Below, piece after piece: positions 39,466-48,749 of a stretch of 64,000 nt of DNA. The position numbers and the translations under genes were made by a program. Each line of letters begins with the position of its first letter. Position 1 is the stretch's first letter. Under the pieces are notes generated by a model that ran no database searches, was not told the DNA's origin, and saw only the letters and a list, made by a program, of their open reading frames with translations. This stretch comes from a virus, in IMG/VR virus record IMGVR_UViG_3300028827_000129, positions 32,001 through 96,000 of that record. One strand, given 5' to 3'.

Positions 39466-40416
39466 TTAGTTACCTTCCCCCATGGGGCATTCACCGCTAG
39501 CGATGACCTCCTGGCAGTAAGGCGCATCGTTCCCGTATGTGCAAATGGCGATACGGTGATACTTGCACGTCTTCCCGCCCGCGAAGCCACGCTCCGGGTC
39601 GCCGTAGGAATCACGGAGCGGCCCGACAACGTAGCCATCAAGGAAGGCCTTGATGTGGTCGGGGCTCCCGGCCTGGCAGACCGTGCGGCCGTCCTGGAGG
39701 GTAGAAACGAAACAAACCCCCTCACGAGCCGCAGCCTCCGGCAACTCCGGAACGTGAATGTCCAGGAAGTTGGCGTAGCTAAGTACTTTGCCATCGAGAT
39801 CTTCCCGGTCTTCCGGATCAAAATAATGAACCAGAATCTTCCGAGACATTCTGATGGCGTCACGAGCCGCTTCCACGTCCCGAAGGATCTCCTCCTCCGA
39901 ACGGCCCTGGAACTTCGCCCTGGAACTGATGCGCCAGCGCATCAGTTCGTCGGGGTCCACCCCAGGACACTTCCCGCGATAAGCAGCGGCCAGACAGTGG
40001 TCCGCTGCCGCAACGAGCTTCAGATTCTCATGAAACTCGTTGCACCTCGGGTAGAGGAGCTTCAGAACCTGCCCCAGGGACGAGGCTTCCCAATACTTCT
40101 TGGGATCCTTCCCGTACCCAGGGTCCCCAGGCCGGTGGTGGTCGAGGAGCTTGCTGTCGTTGAGGCTAGCTGCCTCGCCAACAAACTCACACTCCACCCG
40201 AACGATCTGGGTCGTCGGGTCCTTTACGATCTCCGGGATCGTAGCCTCCGCCTTGTAAGCCTCGAAAGGCTTCACTCGGCAGAGGGTTTCGGCATCGCCA
40301 CAATTGCGAACGGCCGCGTAAGCCACCGGGATTCGGTGTGCTCGCAGCAGCTCTTCGATGGCTGCCATTTCGGGGTCAGGCGCCCCCAGAATGAAGAAGA
40401 GGGTGTTAGTACCCAT
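39466..40416 (-). CDS. DHH-like phosphoesterase candidate
   Basis: LGAPDPEM, VEC, LLDHH, SSLGQ, AADH. Confidence 0.55.
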   Translation of the reverse strand: MGTNTLFFILGAPDPEMAAIEELLRAHRIPVAYAAVRNCGDAETLCRVKPFEAYKAEATIPEIVKDPTTQIVRVECEFVGEAASLNDSKLLDHHRPGDPGYGKDPKKYWEASSLGQVLKLLYPRCNEFHENLKLVAAADHCLAAAYRGKCPGVDPDELMRWRISSRAKFQGRSEEEILRDVEAARDAIRMSRKILVHYFDPEDREDLDGKVLSYANFLDIHVPELPEAAAREGVCFVSTLQDGRTVCQAGSPDHIKAFLDGYVVGPLRDSYGDPERGFAGGKTCKYHRIAICTYGNDAPYCQEVIASGECPMGEGN

Positions 40417-40787
40417 ATGTACCTCCTTCTCGTGTGTGTTTTAGCCCCTTAGAGGGCCAGAGACCGAATTTCGGTCTCGGTGACTTTGCCACCCAAAACG
40501 GAGACAATCTCCTGGATGGCGAGGAGCCTTTCGCTCTGAGTAGGCACCAACTCCTTGAGAAGGTACCTGTAGAACTCAGAGTCTTTGCCGCTAAACCAAG
40601 CGGCCTTTATCGCCAATTTGGCGTTCATACTCTCAACACAGTCTGTATCAAGAGTATTGATGGCGTTAAGCAACTTGTCAGCCATGTTTGTATTAACCGT
40701 TACTCTTAAGGGCGTACCTGAGTACGCAAAAAACAACGGCTACGACAAGAATGTCGTAGCCGTTGCAGCCCTTAAGACTTTCGAGAA

Positions 40788-41099
40788 TTATCTGCACTGA
40801 ATCTGGATTTCGACTGCATCCTCGCCAATATGACTGAGGAGGGTTTCGAAATCCTTATCCCCAGGCTTAATGACGAAGCCGGCAATCGTCTGCCAGCTGA
40901 CGTTAACCTTCTTTAGAAGGTCTCTGCTTGCCTGAACACCAATGACTTTACCGTTGTCCTTGCAACGGATTATGACGTTCTGCCCCGTCGTATAAAGCAT
41001 GACTTTGTGGGAACGAACCCACAGGGCAGAACCGATTGCCGCCGTGCCAATGGCAACGATGGCGACTTTTTTGATAACATTCACAATCTTCTTACTCAT
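40788..41099 (-). CDS. Membrane-anchored protein, paralogue of 41190-41462
   Basis: Start at MSKKIV (GGAGG RBS); VIIRC...GKVIGVQ...LLKK...IGEDAVEI...C. Confidence 0.65.
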   Translation of the reverse strand: MSKKIVNVIKKVAIVAIGTAAIGSALWVRSHKVMLYTTGQNVIIRCKDNGKVIGVQASRDLLKKVNVSWQTIAGFVIKPGDKDFETLLSHIGEDAVEIQIQCR

Positions 41100-41189
41100 A
41101 ATGTCCTCCTTAAATCGGCGTACCTTATACGCCATTATTAGCTGAACTTAGATGTTCAGCTCTTTAGGGTTTTTGGAGATGTTTGTGGG

Positions 41190-41462
41190 TTATTTACAAT
41201 TAACCCTGATCTCCATAACGTCGTCTCCGACGTTTTTGACGAGGGTCGTGAACACCTCGTCTTCCGGCCGGATGATCAGTCCAAGGTAGGACTTCACTCC
41301 GGTCTTTTTGAGGAGTTCAGAGTCGGGCTGAATCCCGACAATTTCTCCTCCCTTTTCGCACCGAAAGATAACGGTGCGGTCGCTGGCGTAGAAGTCGAAC
41401 TTCCACGTCACGTACACCGAAATGGCGAGAAAAAGTGTCAGAACAACCAGAAACCTTTTCAT
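41190..41462 (-). CDS. Membrane-anchored protein, paralogue of 40788-41099
   Basis: VIFRC...GEIVGIQ...LLKK...VGDDVMEI...C. Confidence 0.65.
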   Translation of the reverse strand: MKRFLVVLTLFLAISVYVTWKFDFYASDRTVIFRCEKGGEIVGIQPDSELLKKTGVKSYLGLIIRPEDEVFTTLVKNVGDDVMEIRVNCK

Positions 41463-41542
41463 CTGTGTCCTCCTTAGTTTACCCTTTAAAAGGGTTGTTT
41501 GTCCTTTAATAAGGACTTTCTTTAGTCTTTTACGACTCCTCC

Positions 41543-42400
41543 TTAGAGGAGGTAGTCGTAAAAGACGAAGTAGGGCAGCTTGTCAAGTCGCCTCTTTCCC
41601 CCATCGGCGTACCCGACGATGGGGTATTCCGCCTCCTGGGCGTGGCCACCAAAGTATTCCCTGGTGACCAGGTGCCCAGACCAGGTATTATCCCCGTCAT
41701 ACCTGATCCGGAGGCGGAAGAGCTCCTCGTGCTGCGGCTTGTACAGCCGCTTTGCAATGAGCTCGACCTCCTCCCATTTCTTTTCCCCCTCCTCGTCGGA
41801 GAGGTTCCCTCCGAGGATGCCCTCCAGGATCTCTTCGATGAGACCCTTGACCCGGGCCATCGCCTCGGGAGTGTCCCACTCCCCTTCAGCGATGCCCAGC
41901 GAGGGCACCTCATCGAGGGAGATGACGTCACTCCCGCAGTCACGCGGGGTGACGTCCCCGAACCTCTCGACCTCGATGAGGTCGGGTTCCTCCCTCTTGT
42001 AGAGGAACTCTTTTTTGGGGTGGTCCTGGCGGAAGATCCGCTGGACCTCCCTGTCGGAGGAGACGAGGATCTCCCAGTCCTCGTCCCTGGGGTCAATAAT
42101 GACCGCCCTTCCGAGGATGCGGGAGATGGCCCTAACGGCCTTGATCTCCTCCTCCTTTCCAACCCGGAAGTCGAAAACGACCGGGTTGTGAGGGCTATCC
42201 TCGCCGAAGTACTCGGCGAGGTACCCCTCCGCCTCTTGAATGCCGAAGAGCTCATAGAGCTCCTCGGCCTTTGCCCGACTAACATGTCGGGACGCCTCGT
42301 GGATCGCCATTTCAAACTTTTCCATGGCTATCCTCCTTTCCCTTTGTTTTGCCGGTGAAACCGGCGTCTTTAGGCCTTGTAGAGGCCCTTTACCCGCCAA
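41543..42400 (-). CDS. Glu-rich acidic hypothetical protein (high-GC codons)
   Basis: Likely start at MEKFEM after GGAGG; GAG/CTC/GTC codon bias. Confidence 0.7.
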   Translation of the reverse strand: MAGKGPLQGLKTPVSPAKQRERRIAMEKFEMAIHEASRHVSRAKAEELYELFGIQEAEGYLAEYFGEDSPHNPVVFDFRVGKEEEIKAVRAISRILGRAVIIDPRDEDWEILVSSDREVQRIFRQDHPKKEFLYKREEPDLIEVERFGDVTPRDCGSDVISLDEVPSLGIAEGEWDTPEAMARVKGLIEEILEGILGGNLSDEEGEKKWEEVELIAKRLYKPQHEELFRLRIRYDGDNTWSGHLVTREYFGGHAQEAEYPIVGYADGGKRRLDKLPYFVFYDYLL

Positions 42401-42742
42401 ATGCGGGTATTGATCCTCTTAATGAGGATCTTTTCCCCCTTCTGACGGGGGTCATGGGAGGCCGTAGCCTCCCCCTTTTCGCGGGAGATCCACCTCCCGC
42501 CAATACGACAGGACCGGGCCTTCATTAGAAGCCCTCCCGGTCCTTTTCGCCCTGAAGAATCAGGGCGGTGAGGTCGTGGATGTTGGGGCCGCGGTCCCCC
42601 TTCATCCACATCTCGTACTGGGAAATCCAGTACTTCCTTTCGCCGCTCTTGAAGCGGTCCTTTCCGTACTCGCTGAGTACGGTTTTGAGAAATCTCTTTT
42701 TCGTCATCTTCTCTCTCCTTTCCTTCCTTTCCTTTTCCCGCT

Positions 42743-42898
42743 CTAGCGGGTGCTGTTGGTCAGAGTGACCATGTTCTGACCAACCTTTGCCCAGTCACTT
42801 TCAAACTGGGCTTTGGCGGCGTCGAACAGGCGACATCCGCCGTAAATCATGACAACCATCGCCACGGCGATGGCGATGGCCGTCTTCTTCACAGTCAT
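42743..42898 (-). CDS. Small membrane/lipoprotein-like ORF in frame with upstream gene
   Basis: MTVKKTAIAIAVAMVVMIYGGC...; 51 aa, below ORF-track cutoff. Confidence 0.45.
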   Translation of the reverse strand: MTVKKTAIAIAVAMVVMIYGGCRLFDAAKAQFESDWAKVGQNMVTLTNSTR

Positions 42899-42937
42899 CT
42901 TCTTCTTCGTGGTCTTCTTGATCGTCTTCTTTGTGGT

Positions 42938-43882
42938 CTACTTCTTCGCCGTGGTCTTCTTGGCCTTCTTCGCGGCCTTGAAGGCCGCGGCCATCGGGCC
43001 GCGGCCCTTAGCCGCGATGGCCCCGGCCGGTTTGGCCGGGGCCTTTTTGGCCATGACCCAGGCCACGGCCTCGACCACGAGCCGAGGCAACGGCTCGTGG
43101 CCGGAGAGGGCCTTCCTGGCCCCCTCCAAGGCCCTGACGTCGTGCCGCCAGAGGCGGCCGACGCCAAGGCCCTTCATGGCCTGGCGCTGGGCCTCCTTGG
43201 AGGCCCGGCGGGTTTCCTGCAGCCGGGCCTCCTTCTTCTTGAGGGAGGCCTCCTCCTCCAGGAGGCCCTCCATGGCCTCCTGGAGGTCCTCAAGGAGACC
43301 CAGGGCATCCGCCCCGGCCTCCCCGGCCTCCCGGATCTCGGCGATGGCCTTCCAGCCCTCGCCGAGGAGCCGGCGGATGTACCGCCGCCGGCGGCTGACC
43401 TCCTTCAGCCGCTTTCCGGCGACGTAACCGCGCCAGTAGGCGCGGTCCACCGACTCAAACCACGTCGCCGGCCTTTCGGCCAGCGACGTGATGTCAATGA
43501 GGGCCTTCTGGGTCTTCCTGGCCCAGAAGGCCTTCTCCTCGCCCCTCTTGAGGGCGAGGAGAAGGGCCCTCTCCTCCCGGTTAAGGGAGGAGAGGGCCTC
43601 CCTGAAGGCCTTCTCGCCCTTCTTGATGGCCGCCTCAAGGGCGGCCTCCTCCTCAGCGGACCGCTGAGGAGGAACGACCTTCTCCCCCTCCTCCTTCATC
43701 CGCACCTTCTCGGTACGGATAAAAGACTTCGGCCGCGGCTTGTAGGCCTCGGCCTTCTTGGCCTCGGCCTTGGCCTTCCTGGCCGAGGCCTCGGCTTTGC
43801 GGGCCTCGGCCCTCCTGGCCGAGGCCTCTTCCTTTGCCTGCTCCAGGAGCAGGCGCACATCGTAGAGGTCCATGGTCTTCAT
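42938..43882 (-). CDS. Ala/Lys/Glu-rich helical protein with histone-H1-like tail
   Basis: GGAGG RBS; C-terminal AKKAPAKP...AAKKAKKTTAKK. Confidence 0.7.
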   Translation of the reverse strand: MKTMDLYDVRLLLEQAKEEASARRAEARKAEASARKAKAEAKKAEAYKPRPKSFIRTEKVRMKEEGEKVVPPQRSAEEEAALEAAIKKGEKAFREALSSLNREERALLLALKRGEEKAFWARKTQKALIDITSLAERPATWFESVDRAYWRGYVAGKRLKEVSRRRRYIRRLLGEGWKAIAEIREAGEAGADALGLLEDLQEAMEGLLEEEASLKKKEARLQETRRASKEAQRQAMKGLGVGRLWRHDVRALEGARKALSGHEPLPRLVVEAVAWVMAKKAPAKPAGAIAAKGRGPMAAAFKAAKKAKKTTAKK

Positions 43883-44148
43883 GGCTCCTCCTTAAGCCCT
43901 ATCACGTAGCCAGGCAACGTCAAAGACGCCGTCCATGGCTTACGTTTCCCAGCGGTCGGGCTAAGCCGCTGGGCTCTTTCGGGCCTTATCGGCCCTTTTT
44001 CTGGCATCGTCTCAAGGACGTGCCAAAGAATCCCTCCTACAAAAGCAGAAGAGATTCTTTGGCACCCCGAATCACTTCAGGGATGCCGTGTGGGGGCGGG
44101 CCGTACAGCATCGGGGCGGCCCGCCCCCGGAGGTCCTCCGGTACCTGG

Positions 44149-44487
44149 CTATGCAGCCAGATACCGAAGGATCCGATCATCGTCGTCCTGGCAGCCCACC
44201 AGGACAACGAGTCGCCTGAGAGCGCAATAGCGCTCTCCAGACAACTGCAGATGCTCCCGAAGGAGCACCTTGAACCTCCTGATGTCGCCGCCGCAGTATG
44301 CGGCGGCCCGGAGGGCCATCAGTTCCTCCGGGCTCCTGGCCATGTCCGGATCCAGGGTTGCGAGGCCCTGGAGGACCGCCAAAACCATCTCCTCGAAGGA
44401 GACGACCACCTTCTCCTTCTGCGCCTCGGCCTTCTTGGCCGCCCTCCTGGCGGCCTTTTTCAGTTTCTTCTTTTCACGCTTTTTCAT
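44149..44487 (-). CDS. Hypothetical basic protein
   Basis: 112 aa, AGGAG RBS. Confidence 0.6.
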   Translation of the reverse strand: MKKREKKKLKKAARRAAKKAEAQKEKVVVSFEEMVLAVLQGLATLDPDMARSPEELMALRAAAYCGGDIRRFKVLLREHLQLSGERYCALRRLVVLVGCQDDDDRILRYLAA

Positions 44488-45223
44488 GACGGTTCTCTCT
44501 CCTTTCTGGGCCTTTTTATGACCTGCCCAGGTCTGATTATGGGGGTAAAACCCCCTCTATATACCCGATTGCTCGGGCATATAGAGGGGGCCTCTGCCAG
44601 AGCCAGAGGCCACATACGGTGGGTGCCTAGGCATACTAGGATATGCCCACTATGCCCCATCATGGGGCGTGGCATGGTCTCTGGCAGAGGCCCACCAGCC
44701 CAGGGATCGATGGACATCCACTCCCTGGGCATGGGGCGGGATATTTATCGCTACGCGCCTCCTTCTCCAGACACATACTCACCTCTAATCATGGCTCGTT
44801 AGAGCCATTGGGCTTTCGTGCCTATGGAGATTTTTCCGCCACAGGCGCGTGCCACCACCCGGGGATGCAGATGCCTGCAGAGCCCCGGGCTGCCAGGTAG
44901 CAGCTCGGTGGACTTGTACGCGATGCACGTGGCATCACTGGGGCGCTGGCAGTCCCCTCCTCCAGGAGCTGGGGTTACGATGGGTGGGGTAGAGAGGCTG
45001 GAGAACCTCTCTGAGACCCCCCGGGCTCGTAACTGCCCTTTAGCTCCCTTTGGAGCCTCATTACACCAGGCCTTCTCCCCCTACCTCTCACCCCTGTCCT
45101 TCTTTTTGGTTGTTTCCTTATGTTCTTGTTTTGAGGGCTTTGCGAAAAAAATATATATATTTTTTAGGGTGTTATATAGGGTTATTTCCTTTATTTGTGA
45201 GGGATTATATTATACTTGTGGTT

Positions 45224-45412
45224 ATGGATGATATAGAGAAGATATATATAATTGCCAAAGAGAGGGAATGTAGTGAATATGATGTATTTGTAAAGGCTGG
45301 TAAGATATGGGGTATTGATGATATAGATTATTATTTTAAGAATTATTTATTAAGAGATATAGTTCCTTATTTTGTAAGGGATTATATAAGGAAGGTGTTA
45401 TTAGATGGATAA
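45224..45412 (+). CDS. Small hypothetical protein
   Basis: Start MDDIEK; SEYDVF...VPYFVRDYIRK. Confidence 0.55.
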   Translation: MDDIEKIYIIAKERECSEYDVFVKAGKIWGIDDIDYYFKNYLLRDIVPYFVRDYIRKVLLDG

Positions 45413-45578
45413 GGGGTATATATTAAAGAGGGTATTGGGTATAGAGGGGACGTGTAAGAGTTGTAGATATTGGAAGGGTGATTATGTATTTGATGAATGT
45501 GGGGAGTGTAGTATTAGAAATAATGAGATAGTAGATGGGAATGATTATTGTTGGGGGTATGATTGTAGGGATATATAA
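45405..45578 (+). CDS. Small Cys-rich protein encoded with a single C base
   Basis: MDKGY...TCKSCRYW...GEC...DYC..Y; 57 aa. Confidence 0.45.
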   Translation: MDKGYILKRVLGIEGTCKSCRYWKGDYVFDECGECSIRNNEIVDGNDYCWGYDCRDI

Positions 45579-45644
45579 TATAAAGGGAGGGGTTTGTTTT
45601 TTTAAAAAAAATATATATATCTTTGCCCCGCTTTTTTTGTAATT

Positions 45645-45923
45645 ATGGAGATTATACAGATGGCAGATTTATCTTGGGCTGAACATATAGACGTTCTTAA
45701 TATTCTTATCGGGCTTTTATTTTCCGGAGTTACATGGTTTGCTATAAGGGCATTGAGACTTATAGATAGAAATCAAACTGAGCTGTTTAGAAGGTTGAAT
45801 ACATTGGAAAAAGAGTTTTATGCTCTTAAGGGAGAGCATATGGCGCTTGGTACGATATGTAAATACAGAAGAGGGTATTCTGATTCTGTTTGTAAAGAAT
45901 TTAATGAGAATAATGGAGGGTGA
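45645..45923 (+). CDS. Holin-like membrane protein
   Basis: One TM followed by coiled coil. Confidence 0.45.
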   Translation: MEIIQMADLSWAEHIDVLNILIGLLFSGVTWFAIRALRLIDRNQTELFRRLNTLEKEFYALKGEHMALGTICKYRRGYSDSVCKEFNENNGG

Positions 45924-46303
45924 AGATGGCTCTTTTATACGCTCCTAAAGAGTACTGGTTATTATCTGATGAAGAGAGGGATGATATAGTTGGTGGGTGT
46001 GGGCCTGGCAAAGGCTGGAAAGAGTATTTGGTTCCTGACAAGATATGGGGATTGAATATTATTGAATGTTGTAAAATACATGATTATATGTATTTTGCTG
46101 GCAAGACACATTTAGATAAAGAACAAGCAGATAGAGTATTTTTATACAATATGCTCAGACTTATTGATTATGAGACGAATAGTGTGATATTAAAATTTCT
46201 TAGACAAAGAAGGGCCTGGTTATACTACCAGGCTGTAAGTAAATTTGGTGGGCCTGCTTTTTGGGCTAATAAGAATGAAGATGAGGAGATGAAAAGGGTA
46301 TGA
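45920..46303 (+). CDS. Phospholipase A2-like / DUF1353-like protein
   Basis: GGCGPG, CCKIHDYMY, ADRVF, YYQAV..FG. Confidence 0.65.
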   Translation: MKMALLYAPKEYWLLSDEERDDIVGGCGPGKGWKEYLVPDKIWGLNIIECCKIHDYMYFAGKTHLDKEQADRVFLYNMLRLIDYETNSVILKFLRQRRAWLYYQAVSKFGGPAFWANKNEDEEMKRV

Positions 46304-46716
46304 GAAAATTTTTAATATTTCTTGCCGCGATTTTTTTGGTAATGTCTATTGGCTGTGCGACATTGGATAGTTTACAATCTTTGATTGCTGTCGACATCAC
46401 TACGAGGGTGGTTCTTGACAAATACCCACAATGGGCTGATGAAATAAGTTATGTATGCGATAATGCAATAAAAGCAATCGATGCCGGTCTTATTGAAAAT
46501 GTTGACCAATTGGAAGTTTGGATCCGAGATTATGTGAATTGGAATTCATTAGTTCCTTCAGAAAAGGCTATCGTTGATGAATTTATTAAAAATATAATCA
46601 TGGATATCAAAGCCAATGTCCCAGATATGGACGAACAAGATAAAGCATCGATTGAAAAGATGCGAACTGTTCTTGTTCTAATAAAAGAACTTGCAGAGCA
46701 AGAAATAAACAAATAA
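46300..46716 (+). CDS. Lipoprotein
   Basis: Signal with SIGC lipobox. Confidence 0.7.
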   Translation: MRKFLIFLAAIFLVMSIGCATLDSLQSLIAVDITTRVVLDKYPQWADEISYVCDNAIKAIDAGLIENVDQLEVWIRDYVNWNSLVPSEKAIVDEFIKNIIMDIKANVPDMDEQDKASIEKMRTVLVLIKELAEQEINK

Positions 46717-46720
46717 AAAT

Positions 46721-46746
46721 AAAAGGCCCCTTTTATGGGGCCTTTT
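46721..46746. terminator. Bidirectional terminator between convergent genes
   Basis: AAAAGGCCCC-TTTTAT-GGGGCCTTTT. Confidence 0.8.
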
Positions 46747-46752
46747 AAATTG

Positions 46753-47025
46753 CTACTCTGCCATTTTTAATAAAATCAAGTATCCTAAAAGATCTTCTAC
46801 TGTATCTTCGTTCTGATATTCATTGCCCCGCATCAATCTGGATAACTTGTCATCAATTCTTACCTTTAATTGTTCTGTTGTACTTGCTTTAGAAAATATT
46901 CGCACCGGGTTGAGTGCGGAATTACCGTAAGAACGGTTTTTAGATATCAACTTGTCCCTTATACGCCGTAATACTTTGTCTAGCTTATTTTCAAATTCAG
47001 AGTTGACATCTTTTGCTTTAGCCAT
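46753..47025 (-). CDS. DUF1599-like nucleotide-modification-associated protein
   Basis: KNRSYGNS, RIDDKLSRL, EDTVEDLLGY. Confidence 0.75.
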   Translation of the reverse strand: MAKAKDVNSEFENKLDKVLRRIRDKLISKNRSYGNSALNPVRIFSKASTTEQLKVRIDDKLSRLMRGNEYQNEDTVEDLLGYLILLKMAE

Positions 47026-47290
47026 TTATTTTTGAACCTCCTTTATTTGTTTCTTTACTTGTTTCTGCTTCAAGTATGTCTTTTCGCGGTATACATAAGA
47101 AGTCTTTGTTTTCATGTGTCAAATAATTGAACATAATGATTTGCCCGGCCTTTAAGCCGTTTCTATAACCTAAAACAATGCCAGCCCTATATGCATCTGT
47201 GTATACCTTATTATACGTTTTATGACCAATGTAAAATAATGAAGTCATGACGAAAAGTGTTGAAAAAACAATAAGAATACGCTTATACAC
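47018..47290 (-). CDS. Membrane-anchored hypothetical protein
   Basis: N-terminal TM. Confidence 0.55.
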   Translation of the reverse strand: MYKRILIVFSTLFVMTSLFYIGHKTYNKVYTDAYRAGIVLGYRNGLKAGQIIMFNYLTHENKDFLCIPRKDILEAETSKETNKGGSKING

Positions 47291-48002
47291 TTCTGTTGAA
47301 CCTCGCTAAAATTTGATCTAATTGAAAGTCATAAATATGAAGACCTGAAGAATAGCAAAACATCCTCCCGTTCTTTAGTCCAGTCGTATCTGCAACAAAT
47401 TGCTTCAATATTTCAAACCCTCCAAGATTTGTAGGTAATCCAGCATACAAATCCCATGATCTAAAATATAACGAAATCGTTAACTCTTTAGGCGGTACAA
47501 CCTTGAAGTCAATCAAACGACAACAAGGAGGGTCATATTTGCCATCTTTGCCCCAACATTCATTGTAATCGTTCGGGGTTCCAATTTCTATGATTGCCTG
47601 ATTGGTAAACGGCGTTCTTTTTAATAAATCAATAACAAAATCAAATTGCGAACCAGTATATTTTCTATTCTCTAAATCAGACTTTAAATTACCTTGATGA
47701 TGAATTCTATGACCATATCTATACGTCTCATTCTCACTTACAGTAGAAGGATCCATTAAATAATTCGCAAAATAGTCCTCTATATACTCCATCGTTGTGG
47801 GCGGCATTAAACCACTGCCCTCCGGCATTATCGGCACTATATCATCCCAAGGCATCTCAATCTCTGCAGAAAAAGACGAAAGCTGAAGCCTATAATTACC
47901 CTCAAAGCTGCCCTGCTGAATCTCTTGCCTATACCCATGATTCAACATGTAAACAAGACTCCTAAACCATAAATCAGAAATCGTCTTGGCCTCTATGTGC
48001 AT
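47283..48002 (-). CDS. Thymidylate synthase family protein (dUMP-type)
   Basis: Start MHIEAK; YRYG.RI, DPPC, FRSWDLYAGLPTN (Asn at the E. coli N177 position), LHIY. Confidence 0.85.
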   Translation of the reverse strand: MHIEAKTISDLWFRSLVYMLNHGYRQEIQQGSFEGNYRLQLSSFSAEIEMPWDDIVPIMPEGSGLMPPTTMEYIEDYFANYLMDPSTVSENETYRYGHRIHHQGNLKSDLENRKYTGSQFDFVIDLLKRTPFTNQAIIEIGTPNDYNECWGKDGKYDPPCCRLIDFKVVPPKELTISLYFRSWDLYAGLPTNLGGFEILKQFVADTTGLKNGRMFCYSSGLHIYDFQLDQILARFNRSV

Positions 48003-48003
48003 C

Positions 48004-48441
48004 TCATTCCTCCTTGATCCTAAACTTGATAAAGCTAACCTTCTTGTTCTCAATTAAACGCTTTACTAATACCTGCTCCTTCGATAACTTCGGAGAAGTT
48101 CCGGTTTTTACATCTATGAAATCTACACTACCACCGTTACCATCTTTGTCCGGGAATTTGATTCCTATAAAATCAACAACATTTCCTACCGTAAAAAGAC
48201 GATCATATACAACTTTAAGCTTTATATATCCGATCAGTTCTCCTAATTTCCCTTTATACGTATTGGAGACGCTCTGTGCGCTCATAATTACCCTCTGTGG
48301 GATAGAAGATACTAGTTCGAAAAGTTTTTGGCTCTCAGAGGCTCTCAGGGCCTCTGAGCGTCTTATGCTAAAAATTGCTATTAAAACGCTTACTGATGAT
48401 ATGATGGAGATTATGATTGCTGCAAGAAGTAAAGCGTTCAT
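48004..48441 (-). CDS. Holliday-junction-resolvase-like PD-(D/E)XK endonuclease with N-terminal TM
   Basis: GKLGE, VDFI, FIDVKTG...LSKEQ. Confidence 0.7.
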   Translation of the reverse strand: MNALLLAAIIISIISSVSVLIAIFSIRRSEALRASESQKLFELVSSIPQRVIMSAQSVSNTYKGKLGELIGYIKLKVVYDRLFTVGNVVDFIGIKFPDKDGNGGSVDFIDVKTGTSPKLSKEQVLVKRLIENKKVSFIKFRIKEE

Positions 48442-48737
48442 TATTTATTTGCTCCTGCTCCGCGTGTTGAACCTGATAAACTAACTACATTACCTCCTGC
48501 GTTATTCTCTTTTTTACTTTCATTGCCCGGCTCTTTATCGTTCTTTTCGCCGTGGATAATCTTTTGTACATCATCTGTGCTCAATACACTCTTCTCTACA
48601 AGGACCTCTAAAAATCTAGTGATAATCTCTTCGTAAGCCCCAAAAGCACGTTGCATCCCCATGATCGCTTGATAAAGAACGCCTAAGTCTTTAACAATAT
48701 CAGCTTTGCGAATCTTGTTCTCTTTTATCTTGTACAT
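48441..48737 (-). CDS. Hypothetical protein
   Basis: 98 aa, GGAGG RBS. Confidence 0.6.
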   Translation of the reverse strand: MYKIKENKIRKADIVKDLGVLYQAIMGMQRAFGAYEEIITRFLEVLVEKSVLSTDDVQKIIHGEKNDKEPGNESKKENNAGGNVVSLSGSTRGAGANK

Positions 48738-48749
48738 TTCAGTCCTCCT

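Noticed and set aside
39556-44802. Long plus-strand and alternative-frame ORFs (e.g. 39556-40452, 41642-42358, 43097-43909, 43834-44802)
   Set aside because: Expected from high GC3; codon bias and RBS support the minus-strand frames
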